Positions 1-7,994 of a stretch of 13,750 bases of DNA are shown one piece after another. Under the pieces are notes generated by a model. It ran no database searches, was not told the DNA's origin, and saw only the letters and a list, made by a program, of their open reading frames with translations. The stretch is from Armatimonadota bacterium (GTDB taxonomy: Bacteria; Vulcanimicrobiota; JACPDS01; JBDRKI01): contig JBDRKI010000083.1 of assembly GCA_043814095.1 (NCBI GenBank), forward strand, positions 1 through 13,750. Direction: 5' to 3'. Position numbers and translations under genes: made by a program. Each line of letters begins with the position of its first letter. Position 1 is the first letter of the stretch.

Positions 1-139
1 GGCTTTCAGAAGACAAGGCAATATAAATGACTTTTGAAAAACCAAACAAATAAATATCTTCGAAAAGTTAAGGAGCGTTATGCGAAAATAGGACATTTCT
101 AAATTGCTAAGAATAGGACATTTCTAAATTGCCTTGACA
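1..139. mobile_element. End of an insertion sequence (ISNCY/IS1202-like or IS481-like), truncated by the window start
   Basis: AATAGGACATTTCTAAATTGC occurs twice (87-107, 112-132) and is followed by CTTGACA (133-139). Read inward on the minus strand the end is TGTCAAGGCAATTTAGAAATGTCC. A TGT terminus with tandem subterminal repeats is the architecture of IS1202/ISNCY and IS481 ends. Frame +1 is open from 1 to a TGA at 28-30 and may be the transposase tail. The transposase itself is not visible. Confidence 0.75.
87..132 (+). repeat. Two identical 21-bp direct repeats with a 25-bp period (putative transposase-binding sites)
   Basis: AATAGGACATTTCTAAATTGC at 87-107 and 112-132, separated by TAAG. 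Confidence 0.95.
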
Positions 140-155
140 AATAAATAAATAATAA

Positions 156-184
156 TTGACTGTAGCTTAAATTAATATTATAAT
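156..184 (+). promoter_or_regulatory. Sigma70-type promoter for tRNA-Ala and probably the downstream genes
   Basis: TTGACT (156-161), 17-bp spacer, TATAAT (179-184), with an AT-rich tract upstream. It ends 27 nt before the tRNA. Confidence 0.8.
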
Positions 185-211
185 TATGTATTGTTTAAAC
201 TGGTAAATTTT

Positions 212-287
212 GGGGCTGTAGCTCAGCTGGGAGAGTGCATGGATCGCACCCATGAGGTCGGGGGTTCGAATCCCCCCAGCTCCACCA
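212..287 (+). tRNA. tRNA-Ala, anticodon CGC
   Basis: 76 nt. Acceptor stem GGGGCTG/CAGCTCC with the G3:U70 alanine determinant, discriminator A and encoded CCA. D arm GCTC...GAGT. Anticodon stem CATGG/CCATG with loop ATCGCAC (CGC at 245-247). T arm GGGGG-TTCGAAT-CCCCC. Confidence 0.97.
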
Positions 288-306
288 TTTAAACTCCGGA
301 GGCACC

Positions 307-504
307 ATGGACAAAAAAGATTTCAACAAAGTGTTCTGGCTTTCTTTGGGATTCGGTCTTGTTATAGGGGGAGTTGTTTTTACAAGCCTTTATTTTTCAG
401 AGCATATAAGGAGTAAGGACCCCAGAGTTAAAAAAGTTGAAGACTTGATTTCGGAAGCCGAAAAACTTATATCAATCAGCAAAAGCGAGAAAGAACAGTC
501 ATAA
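307..504 (+). CDS. Small hypothetical protein, 65 aa, with one predicted transmembrane helix and a charged helical tail
   Basis: GGAGG RBS at 298-302; hydrophobic stretch VFWLSLGFGLVIGGVVFTSLYF; fills the gap between the tRNA and surE. Confidence 0.8.
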   Translation: MDKKDFNKVFWLSLGFGLVIGGVVFTSLYFSEHIRSKDPRVKKVEDLISEAEKLISISKSEKEQS

Positions 505-514
505 CTGTTAATAT

Positions 515-1279
515 ATGAATAAAAAGAGAATACTGCTTACAAATGACGACGGTGTTTTTTCAGAAGGAATTCAGGCATTAATAAATGTATTTAAGGGTTC
601 TGTTGATCTTACAGTGGTCGCGCCGGACAGGGAAAGAAGCGCGATAGGCCATTCATTGACTTTCTTTTACCCGTTAAGAGTTCAGAAATTAGAAGAAAGT
701 AAAAACCTTAAAATTTATTCTTCAGACGGCACTCCTTCGGACTGTGTTCTTCTCGGGATATACGACCTTATGCCGGAAGCTCCGGACCTTATTATCTCCG
801 GAATAAATCACGGTCCCAATATGGGGCAGGATATAACTTATTCTGGCACCGTGTCGGCGGCTATGGAAGGAACAATTCACAAGATACCTTCTGTATCGGT
901 TTCGCTTGCTTCATTTATCAATATGAATTTTACTTACGCGGCTAAATTCGTGAAAAAGCTTTCGGATTGCGCGATAGAGAAAGACCTGCCCGCGCTTTCT
1001 TTTTTCAATGTTAACATACCCAATCTGCCGGAAGACGAGATAAAAGGATCTGCGTTTACCAAACAGGGCAGATCAATTTACGATCAGAAACTTATAAAAA
1101 GGATGGATCCCAGGGGGATAGAATATTACTGGCTGAGCGGCGAGTTCCCGACAGGGTTAATTGAAAAAGGCACGGATTTTGAAGCTGTATATAAAGATAA
1201 AAAGATTTCAATAACACCTGTTCAGCTGGATATGACTAACTTTGATCTGCTTTCTAGATTAAAAGACCGGAAGCTTTAA
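515..1279 (+). CDS. surE: 5'/3'-nucleotidase SurE
   Basis: Motifs ILLTNDDG, VVAPDRERS, DGTPSDCV, SGINHGPNMG, YSGTVSAAMEG and ISITPV; 254 aa. Confidence 0.97.
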   Translation: MNKKRILLTNDDGVFSEGIQALINVFKGSVDLTVVAPDRERSAIGHSLTFFYPLRVQKLEESKNLKIYSSDGTPSDCVLLGIYDLMPEAPDLIISGINHGPNMGQDITYSGTVSAAMEGTIHKIPSVSVSLASFINMNFTYAAKFVKKLSDCAIEKDLPALSFFNVNIPNLPEDEIKGSAFTKQGRSIYDQKLIKRMDPRGIEYYWLSGEFPTGLIEKGTDFEAVYKDKKISITPVQLDMTNFDLLSRLKDRKL

Positions 1280-1284
1280 AGTAT

Positions 1285-2772
1285 ATGAATAAAACACAAA
1301 AAATTATTTTGATCTTTCTGATCTTTGCGGTATTTTGTTTTGCCGCCGTTTTTTCTTATAAGAAAAACACATTTATTAATGTGGGTTTATCGTTTAATGC
1401 GGCGCATGCGTCTTTCAGAGCGGATTCGCCCTTTAAGGTATTTAACGGCGATACCGGCGGAATAATAACACAGACCAGATACGTAAAAGTGGTTATTTAT
1501 AACGGCAGGTTTGAAGTTAACAATAAAGCCGTTTCCTGCGTGAAATTAAAGATAGTGCCTGGAGAAAGTCCTGTAGGACTGCATTCGGGTTACGGATATA
1601 CCCCTTACAGGGGCAATTTTATCCTGTATAAAGAATCTCCATATACTTTTCTGGTTATAAATCAGGTTGATATAAACGAGTATATTACATCTGTTTTAGG
1701 TGGAGAGGTTTCTTATACATGGCCTATGGAGTCCTTAAGAGCCCAGGCGGTTGCCGCCAGGACTTACGCATTGTATAAAAAAGAGAAAAATTTAAGAGAA
1801 GATAAAAAGCCTTTTGATGTTGTTGCCACAATAAGGGATCAAGTCTATAAAGGGATAAGATCCGAAAACAAAATCTGCAGGGAAGCTGTTTATTCCACGG
1901 ATAATTTGGTTATGAAGTATAAAGGCGATGTCATAAGGGCGTATTATCATTCAAACTGCGGGGGTTTTACCCAGACAGGTTCTACGGTTTTTGAAGACGG
2001 CGGGAATTATTTAAAGGGAGTAAAATGCTTCTACTGCAGTCAGGCGCCGGTAAGTAAATGGAACAAAACTATAACAGCCGACCAGATTAAAAAGATTTTA
2101 ACATATTCAGGGGAAACGGTAGGGAAGATATACCTTATAGTCCCCGTTTACAACCAGAGCTCGGGCCGGCTTGAAGATATTATTGTTTTTCATACTAAAG
2201 GAGCGTCCCTTCTGGCGGGTTCTGACCTGCGCGCCGTTATAGGCCCGTATAATCTAAAAAGCACTAACTTTGAAATGAGCGTGCATAAATCCATATCTTT
2301 GCCCGAGAGTCTGGCAAGAAAAAAATTCGGGCTGCTTTATGTGAAAAACAGCGGCATAAAAGATATGCCGGAAGAAAATTTTGATAATTTATATATACCG
2401 TTAGAAGCGAAATATTCAAAAGAGAAAATTTCCGTCATAAACGGCGGCGGGCAGATTTTGAGAAAAGATCCGCTGGGTATAAACATACGTAATGACCTGG
2501 GGCTTTTTACCTCAACACGGCCCGTATACCTTATATTCGCCGCAATTGCGGATGAAGTTTCAGGGGAATCTTTTGCCTTCGGGGCTTTACCTGATATTTT
2601 TAACGCGGAAGGCGGGATTACGGTTCCTGTATCTTTTCTGTTAAAAGGCAAGGGATGGGGCCACGGCTTGGGCATGTGCCAGTGGGGCGCGTACGGGATG
2701 GCTAAATCCGGATATACCTTTGCCGAGATCCTGCATCATTACTATACGGGAATAAGCTTAGAACCGTATTAA
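1285..2772 (+). CDS. SpoIID/LytB domain protein (exported, probable peptidoglycan lytic transglycosylase or amidase enhancer)
   Basis: N-terminal hydrophobic signal or anchor; motifs YRG, EYITSVLGGEV (catalytic Glu position), ESLRAQAVAARTYA, DQVYKG, YYHSNCGG and GKGWGHGLGMCQWGAYGMA...ILHHYY. Confidence 0.92.
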   Translation: MNKTQKIILIFLIFAVFCFAAVFSYKKNTFINVGLSFNAAHASFRADSPFKVFNGDTGGIITQTRYVKVVIYNGRFEVNNKAVSCVKLKIVPGESPVGLHSGYGYTPYRGNFILYKESPYTFLVINQVDINEYITSVLGGEVSYTWPMESLRAQAVAARTYALYKKEKNLREDKKPFDVVATIRDQVYKGIRSENKICREAVYSTDNLVMKYKGDVIRAYYHSNCGGFTQTGSTVFEDGGNYLKGVKCFYCSQAPVSKWNKTITADQIKKILTYSGETVGKIYLIVPVYNQSSGRLEDIIVFHTKGASLLAGSDLRAVIGPYNLKSTNFEMSVHKSISLPESLARKKFGLLYVKNSGIKDMPEENFDNLYIPLEAKYSKEKISVINGGGQILRKDPLGINIRNDLGLFTSTRPVYLIFAAIADEVSGESFAFGALPDIFNAEGGITVPVSFLLKGKGWGHGLGMCQWGAYGMAKSGYTFAEILHHYYTGISLEPY

Positions 2773-2777
2773 TCGCT

Positions 2778-3392
2778 ATGAAAAAGAGAATATTAATATA
2801 TTTATTCCTGATACTTGTTTTCGGCTCATTGTATTTTTATTTCACTAGAGAGCTGTGGTTTAATAAATTATCCGAAAATCTTGCAAGAGCTGATATTATT
2901 AAAAAGTCGGATGCTGTTATATGCCTAGGAGGATGGGATAATTTCGGCAGGATAAAATACGCGGTTGAGCTTCTTAATAAGGGTTATGCCGGAAAAATAG
3001 TTTTTCTGGGAGATAAGATACATATTTCGTTTATAAAAAATACATGGGCGTCCCTCGGAAAAGAAGCGGCATTGAAATACGGATGTCCCGAAGATAAAAT
3101 AATAATACACCAGAGTCCATCAAGCACTTATGAAGAAGCTGTTATATCCAAAAAAATAATGGATGCGAATAATTTTACATCCGCGGTAGTGGTAACTTCT
3201 CCTTTTCATATCTACAGGTCAAAAAAAGTTTTTGATAAAGTGTTCGGTGATAAAAAATACAGGTTGTATTTTTCTTATCCCGAGGATGACAGTTATTTAA
3301 TTCATTCATGGTGGATTGATGAGTATTCCACAGTTATCCTTTTCAATGAATATGTTAAGATAATATGGTATAAAATTAAGCATAAGATATAA
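2778..3392 (+). CDS. YdcF/DUF218 (ElyC/SanA-like) family protein
   Basis: N-terminal TM helix; motifs SDAVICLGG, RIKYAVELL, STYEEA, VVTSPFHIYRS and EYVK. Confidence 0.9.
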   Translation: MKKRILIYLFLILVFGSLYFYFTRELWFNKLSENLARADIIKKSDAVICLGGWDNFGRIKYAVELLNKGYAGKIVFLGDKIHISFIKNTWASLGKEAALKYGCPEDKIIIHQSPSSTYEEAVISKKIMDANNFTSAVVVTSPFHIYRSKKVFDKVFGDKKYRLYFSYPEDDSYLIHSWWIDEYSTVILFNEYVKIIWYKIKHKI

Positions 3393-3408
3393 AAAACGCG
3401 GGGAGCAT

Positions 3409-4437
3409 ATGGAAACATCGGAATTTGATTATTACCTGCCAGAAGAGTTAATAGCCCAGACACCTTTAGATTGCAGGCATGATTCCGGGCTTTTTGTCAT
3501 AGGCAAGAATGATAATTTTATCCATGATAGGTTTGTGAATATTGTGGATTATCTGGATGAGAACGATGTTTTGATTTTTAACGATTCAAAGGTTTTTAAC
3601 GCGAGAATATTCGGGACAAAGGAAAAAACAGGCGGCAGGTTTGAATTTCTTCTTTTAGAGAAGATTGACGGTGCTGAAAAAATATGGAAAACACTGGTTA
3701 ATCCCGGCAGGCGCGCAAAAACAGGGTCCAGGTTTAGGGTTATAGACGGTATTTTTGAAATTGAGATATTAGACAGGCTTGATGAAGGCATTAGGCTGGT
3801 TAAGCTTCATTATGAAGGAGACCTTATAGGGATACTGGAGAAATACGGAAAACCCCCGACACCGCCCTATATAAAGGGAGAGCTTCCGGACCCCTCTTTA
3901 TACCAGACAATTTACGCTAAAAATTATGGTTCCATAGCGGCGCCTACGGCAGGATTTCACTTCACAAAAGAAGTATTTAATAAGTTAAAGGATAAGAATA
4001 TCAGTTATTATTATATTACCCTGCATGTGGGGGTCGGCACATTCAGGCCGGTAAAGGCTGAGAATGTTAAAGAACATGTAATGCTGTCTGAGTACTACCG
4101 TTTAGACCCGTGTGTGGTTGATAGCCTGAATAAGGAAAAGCAAAGAGGCAGGAAAATAGTGAGTGTGGGCACTACGGCGGTAAGGGCGCTGGAAGCGGCA
4201 TCGAATGAAAAAGGGCGTATTTCTGTAAAAGAGGGCAGGGCGGACTTATTTATATATCCGGGATACAGATTTAAGTTCGTTGACAGCCTGATTACGAATT
4301 TTCACCTGCCGAAATCAACGCTTCTTATGCTGGTTTCGGCATTAAGGGGAGCGGATATAATAAAAAAAGCTTATAAAGAAGCAGTGGATAAGAAATACAG
4401 GTTTTATTCTTTCGGTGACGCGATGTTTATAAGATAA
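3409..4437 (+). CDS. queA: S-adenosylmethionine:tRNA ribosyltransferase-isomerase
   Basis: Motifs FDYYLPEELIAQTP, PPYI, YQTIYA, GSIAAPTAGFHFT, LHVGVGTFRPV, TNFHLPKSTL and YRFYSFGDAM; RBS GGGGAG. Confidence 0.98.
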   Translation: METSEFDYYLPEELIAQTPLDCRHDSGLFVIGKNDNFIHDRFVNIVDYLDENDVLIFNDSKVFNARIFGTKEKTGGRFEFLLLEKIDGAEKIWKTLVNPGRRAKTGSRFRVIDGIFEIEILDRLDEGIRLVKLHYEGDLIGILEKYGKPPTPPYIKGELPDPSLYQTIYAKNYGSIAAPTAGFHFTKEVFNKLKDKNISYYYITLHVGVGTFRPVKAENVKEHVMLSEYYRLDPCVVDSLNKEKQRGRKIVSVGTTAVRALEAASNEKGRISVKEGRADLFIYPGYRFKFVDSLITNFHLPKSTLLMLVSALRGADIIKKAYKEAVDKKYRFYSFGDAMFIR

Positions 4438-4460
4438 GCACAAAAGAAAGAGAGTTAATT

Positions 4461-5774
4461 ATGGCTCATTATTTTTTCAAAGCCGTTGATGAAAACGGCG
4501 GTGTAAAAGAGGGATATGTAGAAGCCATAGATGAATTTGAAGCTTTAAAAGTATTAAAAGAGAAAAAACTGCAGGTCTTAAACCTTCAAAGAAAGTCATT
4601 TTTCTTTTCCAAGAAACCTGATGATAAAGACGATACTTTTTTAGGCGAATCTATTCGGGAGAAAAAAGAAAAAAAGAAAAAAATTATCAGGTCAGTTTCG
4701 GAAAGAAAAATAAAAATCATTAAAACCCTTCATTACGATGAATTTGTTATCTTTTTAAGAGAGTTCGCGACTTTAATAAAATCCGGCATAAGCATACTTG
4801 CCGCCATTGAGATTCTGGCCGATCACAGCACTGATACTGTTTTAAGAAAAGCGCTTTCGCAGGTTTCACGGAATTTATATGACGGCATGCCGCTTTATTC
4901 GGCTTTTTCTAAAGATGTTAAAATATTTCCCCAGGTGTTTATAAGCATGCTCCAGGCCGGTGTTATAAGCGGCAACCTGCCCAAAATTTTAAATGACCTG
5001 GCCGATTATTATGAAAAAGAACAAAAAGTAAGAAAAAAATTCATGGCGGCCTTAACTTATCCTATCCTTGTCCTTATAGTATCGGTTGCGGGAATCTTCT
5101 TTTTGGTTAATTATATATTCCCGAATTTTATCAGTATGTTTAAAAGCATGAACGTTAAATTACCCACATCCACGAAAATTTTAATTTTTATCGTGAACCT
5201 TTTCAATCAGCCCGTATCTTTAATGATTATAACCGTATCAGCTGTCCTGCTCGCTTTTATAATATGGAGTTACCTGAAAACTCCTTTCGGAAGTTATCAG
5301 TTTGACTGGTTTAAGATAAAGCTTCCTATTGTAGGGAATATTATTAAAAAAATGATGCTCTGCAGGTTTTCAAGAACTCTAGGCACATTATATGAAAACG
5401 GCATAAATTTATCTTATGCCCTTGATATAACCTGTGAAGTTATTGATAATAAGTATTACAGGGAAGAAATCAAAAAAGCAAAAGATGAAATACTTAATAC
5501 GGGCGAGCATATGCATAAAGTTATGGAAAGAAATAGCGAGAATTTTCCGACTTCTTTTTCTCATTTTGTGGCCGTAGGGGAAGAGACCGGTCAGCTGGGA
5601 AATATGATGAAAAAAATCGCCCATTATTTTGAAGTTGAAATATTTTATCTGTTTGATAATTTTATAACAATACTGGAGCCCGTAATAATTGTAATACTGG
5701 GCGGGTTTGTCCTTTTTATAATGGTTTCTTTATTTCTGCCGATATATAATATAATAGGCCAGGTCGGTTTTTGA
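4461..5774 (+). CDS. Type II secretion system F / type IV pilus PilC family inner-membrane platform protein
   Basis: N-terminus YFFKAVDENG..KEGYVEA. Two T2SSF repeats (FLREFATLIKSGI...AALTYP and RFSRTLGTL...VGEETGQL...LEPVII...SLFLPIY) and three TM segments. Confidence 0.93.
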   Translation: MAHYFFKAVDENGGVKEGYVEAIDEFEALKVLKEKKLQVLNLQRKSFFFSKKPDDKDDTFLGESIREKKEKKKKIIRSVSERKIKIIKTLHYDEFVIFLREFATLIKSGISILAAIEILADHSTDTVLRKALSQVSRNLYDGMPLYSAFSKDVKIFPQVFISMLQAGVISGNLPKILNDLADYYEKEQKVRKKFMAALTYPILVLIVSVAGIFFLVNYIFPNFISMFKSMNVKLPTSTKILIFIVNLFNQPVSLMIITVSAVLLAFIIWSYLKTPFGSYQFDWFKIKLPIVGNIIKKMMLCRFSRTLGTLYENGINLSYALDITCEVIDNKYYREEIKKAKDEILNTGEHMHKVMERNSENFPTSFSHFVAVGEETGQLGNMMKKIAHYFEVEIFYLFDNFITILEPVIIVILGGFVLFIMVSLFLPIYNIIGQVGF

Positions 5775-5786
5775 GGTATGTGTATA

Positions 5787-6395
5787 ATGAAAAAAGGAAT
5801 TATATTTGTTGTTTCCGGGCCGTCTGGTGCCGGCAAGAGCACTATTATAGAAAAACTGGTAAAACGGGATAAGAGATTGAAATTTTCCGTATCTGCCACT
5901 ACAAGACCGAAAAGAAGGGGCGAGAAGGAAGGCATTCACTATTTCTTTGTAAATAAAGAAAAGTTCAAGAATATGATAAAAAAAGATAATCTTCTTGAAT
6001 GGGCCGAATTTCAGGGAAATTTTTACGGCACGCCTGAAAAGTTTGTAAATGAAACGGTGAACAAAAATTATGATATAGTGCTTGATATAGATGTGCAGGG
6101 CGCGGTTCAGGCAATGAAAAAATTAAAAGACGCGGTGTATATTTTTATTACCCCCAAAAGCCTTGCTGTTTTAAGGAACCGGCTTATAAGCCGCAGGACG
6201 GATGATGCCGGCGCTATAAAGAAGAGACTCAAAATTGCTCATGGTGAGATGCAGCATATTGACATGTATAAATATTTTGTAATAAACGATGATCTTAATG
6301 AAGCGGTAAAGGGAGTAAAAGCCGTAATAACCGCCGAAAGAAGCAAGATCGCCCGGAATAAAGACGTAATTACCAAATTAAAGAAAAAAATATAA
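5787..6395 (+). CDS. gmk: Guanylate kinase
   Basis: P-loop SGPSGAGKST, SVSATTRPKR, EGIHYFF, FYGTP and LDIDVQGA. Start placed at ATG 5787 (MKKGIIF), 9 nt after GAGGT; the ORF track starts at 5778. Confidence 0.97.
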   Translation: MKKGIIFVVSGPSGAGKSTIIEKLVKRDKRLKFSVSATTRPKRRGEKEGIHYFFVNKEKFKNMIKKDNLLEWAEFQGNFYGTPEKFVNETVNKNYDIVLDIDVQGAVQAMKKLKDAVYIFITPKSLAVLRNRLISRRTDDAGAIKKRLKIAHGEMQHIDMYKYFVINDDLNEAVKGVKAVITAERSKIARNKDVITKLKKKI

Positions 6396-6402
6396 TTGCC
6401 TT

Positions 6403-7983
6403 ATGAAATTTAAATTTACTTTTATATCTATACTTACAGCATTTTTTCTGCTTTTCAGCGTGTGTGTCTGTACCGCCGCGCCTGAAGCGGCGGATTCTCT
6501 GCTTATAAGCGCGCCTTTACAGATAATATCGCTTGACCCCGCGGTTGTTACTGACGGGGTATCGGCTGAAGTCTGCAGCAACATATATGAGACCCTGGTT
6601 AAGATAGATCCGAAGACAAAACAGATACTCCCGTGTTTGGCCGCGCGCTGGTACAGTAATTCCGACTATACCAGATGGCGGTTTGTGCTCAGAAAAAACG
6701 TATATTTTTCCGACGGTACGCTTTTTGACGGCTACAGCGTGAAATTCGCGTTTAACAGACAGATGGACCCCAAGAGCAGGTATCATTTTCCTAAATACGG
6801 CTATTTTTCATATTATGCGGCTATATTCGGAGGTTATCCGGGGGTTCTTTTAAAGGTAAGTTCAACCGAGAAATATGAAGTGGAATTTATTTTCAATAAA
6901 TCAGTTCCCGACCTTTTAGAGGTTTTATCGCTGCCCCAGTTTGGAATACCGTCACCTGTGGCCGTAAAAAGGTACGGCAATGCCTTTTACACAAATCCGG
7001 CAGGCACGGGCCCATATAAACTGGCTAGCTGGAATTATGACTCAAGGCTTGTTCTTGTGAAAAATATGAATTATCGGGGAGTAAAGCCGTATATTAATAA
7101 GGTCTTAATACAGTTAATATCAAACCACGACCACCGTCTTTCGCTTATGAGAAAAGGCTATTCCGATATGATGATAAGCGCGGAGCTTGATGATTATTAT
7201 AAGTTAAAAAATTACGGCTCTTATGAGGCGCAAAGGTATCCTTGCGCTTTTGACGTGATTTTAGGCATGAACTGCCGGCTGGATCCTTTTAAGAACAATA
7301 AAATGAGGGAAGCAATCAAGTATATTTTATCCCGTGAAGTGACGGATTTGATAAATTTATTTGAACCGGCTCACAAGCAGATGAATTATAAGAATATTTT
7401 TGCGAAGCAGAAGGGCGTTACGGCTAATTATATTAAAGCTCAGAAAAAGCTTGTTGAAGCGGGTTTTGAAAGAGGGAATGACAGGCTAGAATTTGTTTAT
7501 CCCAGGAGCTTTCCTTTATACGCTTCGGACACCGACCTTATAGCCGATAAGATTAAATTTTTACTGAACCAGTGCGGTTTCAGTAATGTAAAATTAAGAC
7601 CTCTGTCATGGGATAAATTTATTGACGCGGTTGCTCTGGGAGATTACCACCTGGCCCTTATATATACCGATCTTAAAAACAGGGATGAGAAACTGTTTTA
7701 TTTAACCTATTTTAACCAGCTGTTTCCTGCAAAGTATAACTTAAATAAATTTCACTGGTACTCAAATGATTTAAAATATATTTTAAAGGATATCCAGGAT
7801 GCCGGCAGCACATACAGCGAGAAAACCCTTCTGGAAGAGATGAATTATTACGTATATGATAATACCCCTTATGTATTTTTAAACAGATTGAATAATACGA
7901 TACTCTTTTCTTCCAAATTAAAAAATCTGAGTTTTGATAATAACGGCTATCTTAAGTTTAATAAAATTTACATAGCAAGATAA
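6403..7983 (+). CDS. ABC transporter substrate-binding protein, family 5 (DppA/OppA-like)
   Basis: Signal peptide; motifs SLDPA, NIYETLV, PCLAARW, FVLRKNVYFSDGT, PAGTGPYKL and PFKNNKMREAI; 526 aa. The C-terminal half looks divergent. Confidence 0.9.
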   Translation: MKFKFTFISILTAFFLLFSVCVCTAAPEAADSLLISAPLQIISLDPAVVTDGVSAEVCSNIYETLVKIDPKTKQILPCLAARWYSNSDYTRWRFVLRKNVYFSDGTLFDGYSVKFAFNRQMDPKSRYHFPKYGYFSYYAAIFGGYPGVLLKVSSTEKYEVEFIFNKSVPDLLEVLSLPQFGIPSPVAVKRYGNAFYTNPAGTGPYKLASWNYDSRLVLVKNMNYRGVKPYINKVLIQLISNHDHRLSLMRKGYSDMMISAELDDYYKLKNYGSYEAQRYPCAFDVILGMNCRLDPFKNNKMREAIKYILSREVTDLINLFEPAHKQMNYKNIFAKQKGVTANYIKAQKKLVEAGFERGNDRLEFVYPRSFPLYASDTDLIADKIKFLLNQCGFSNVKLRPLSWDKFIDAVALGDYHLALIYTDLKNRDEKLFYLTYFNQLFPAKYNLNKFHWYSNDLKYILKDIQDAGSTYSEKTLLEEMNYYVYDNTPYVFLNRLNNTILFSSKLKNLSFDNNGYLKFNKIYIAR

Positions 7984-7994
7984 AAATTTTCAAG

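Noticed and set aside
87..132. Repeats here and at 12151-12194 as CRISPR arrays
   Set aside because: The gaps between copies are 4 nt and 0 nt, so there are no spacers, and no cas genes are present in the window.
134..162. Hybrid promoter using the IS-terminal TTGACA as -35
   Set aside because: No acceptable -10 lies 16-18 bp downstream; the 156-184 promoter explains the region better.
173..200. dif/XerCD-like site near the IS end (some IS1202 elements target these)
   Set aside because: The XerD-like arm matches only about 6 of 11 positions, lies over 30 bp from the IS end, and overlaps an AT-rich promoter.
2278..2634. Intein in the SpoIID protein
   Set aside because: There is no C-terminal His-Asn followed by Cys/Ser/Thr and no recognisable splicing blocks.
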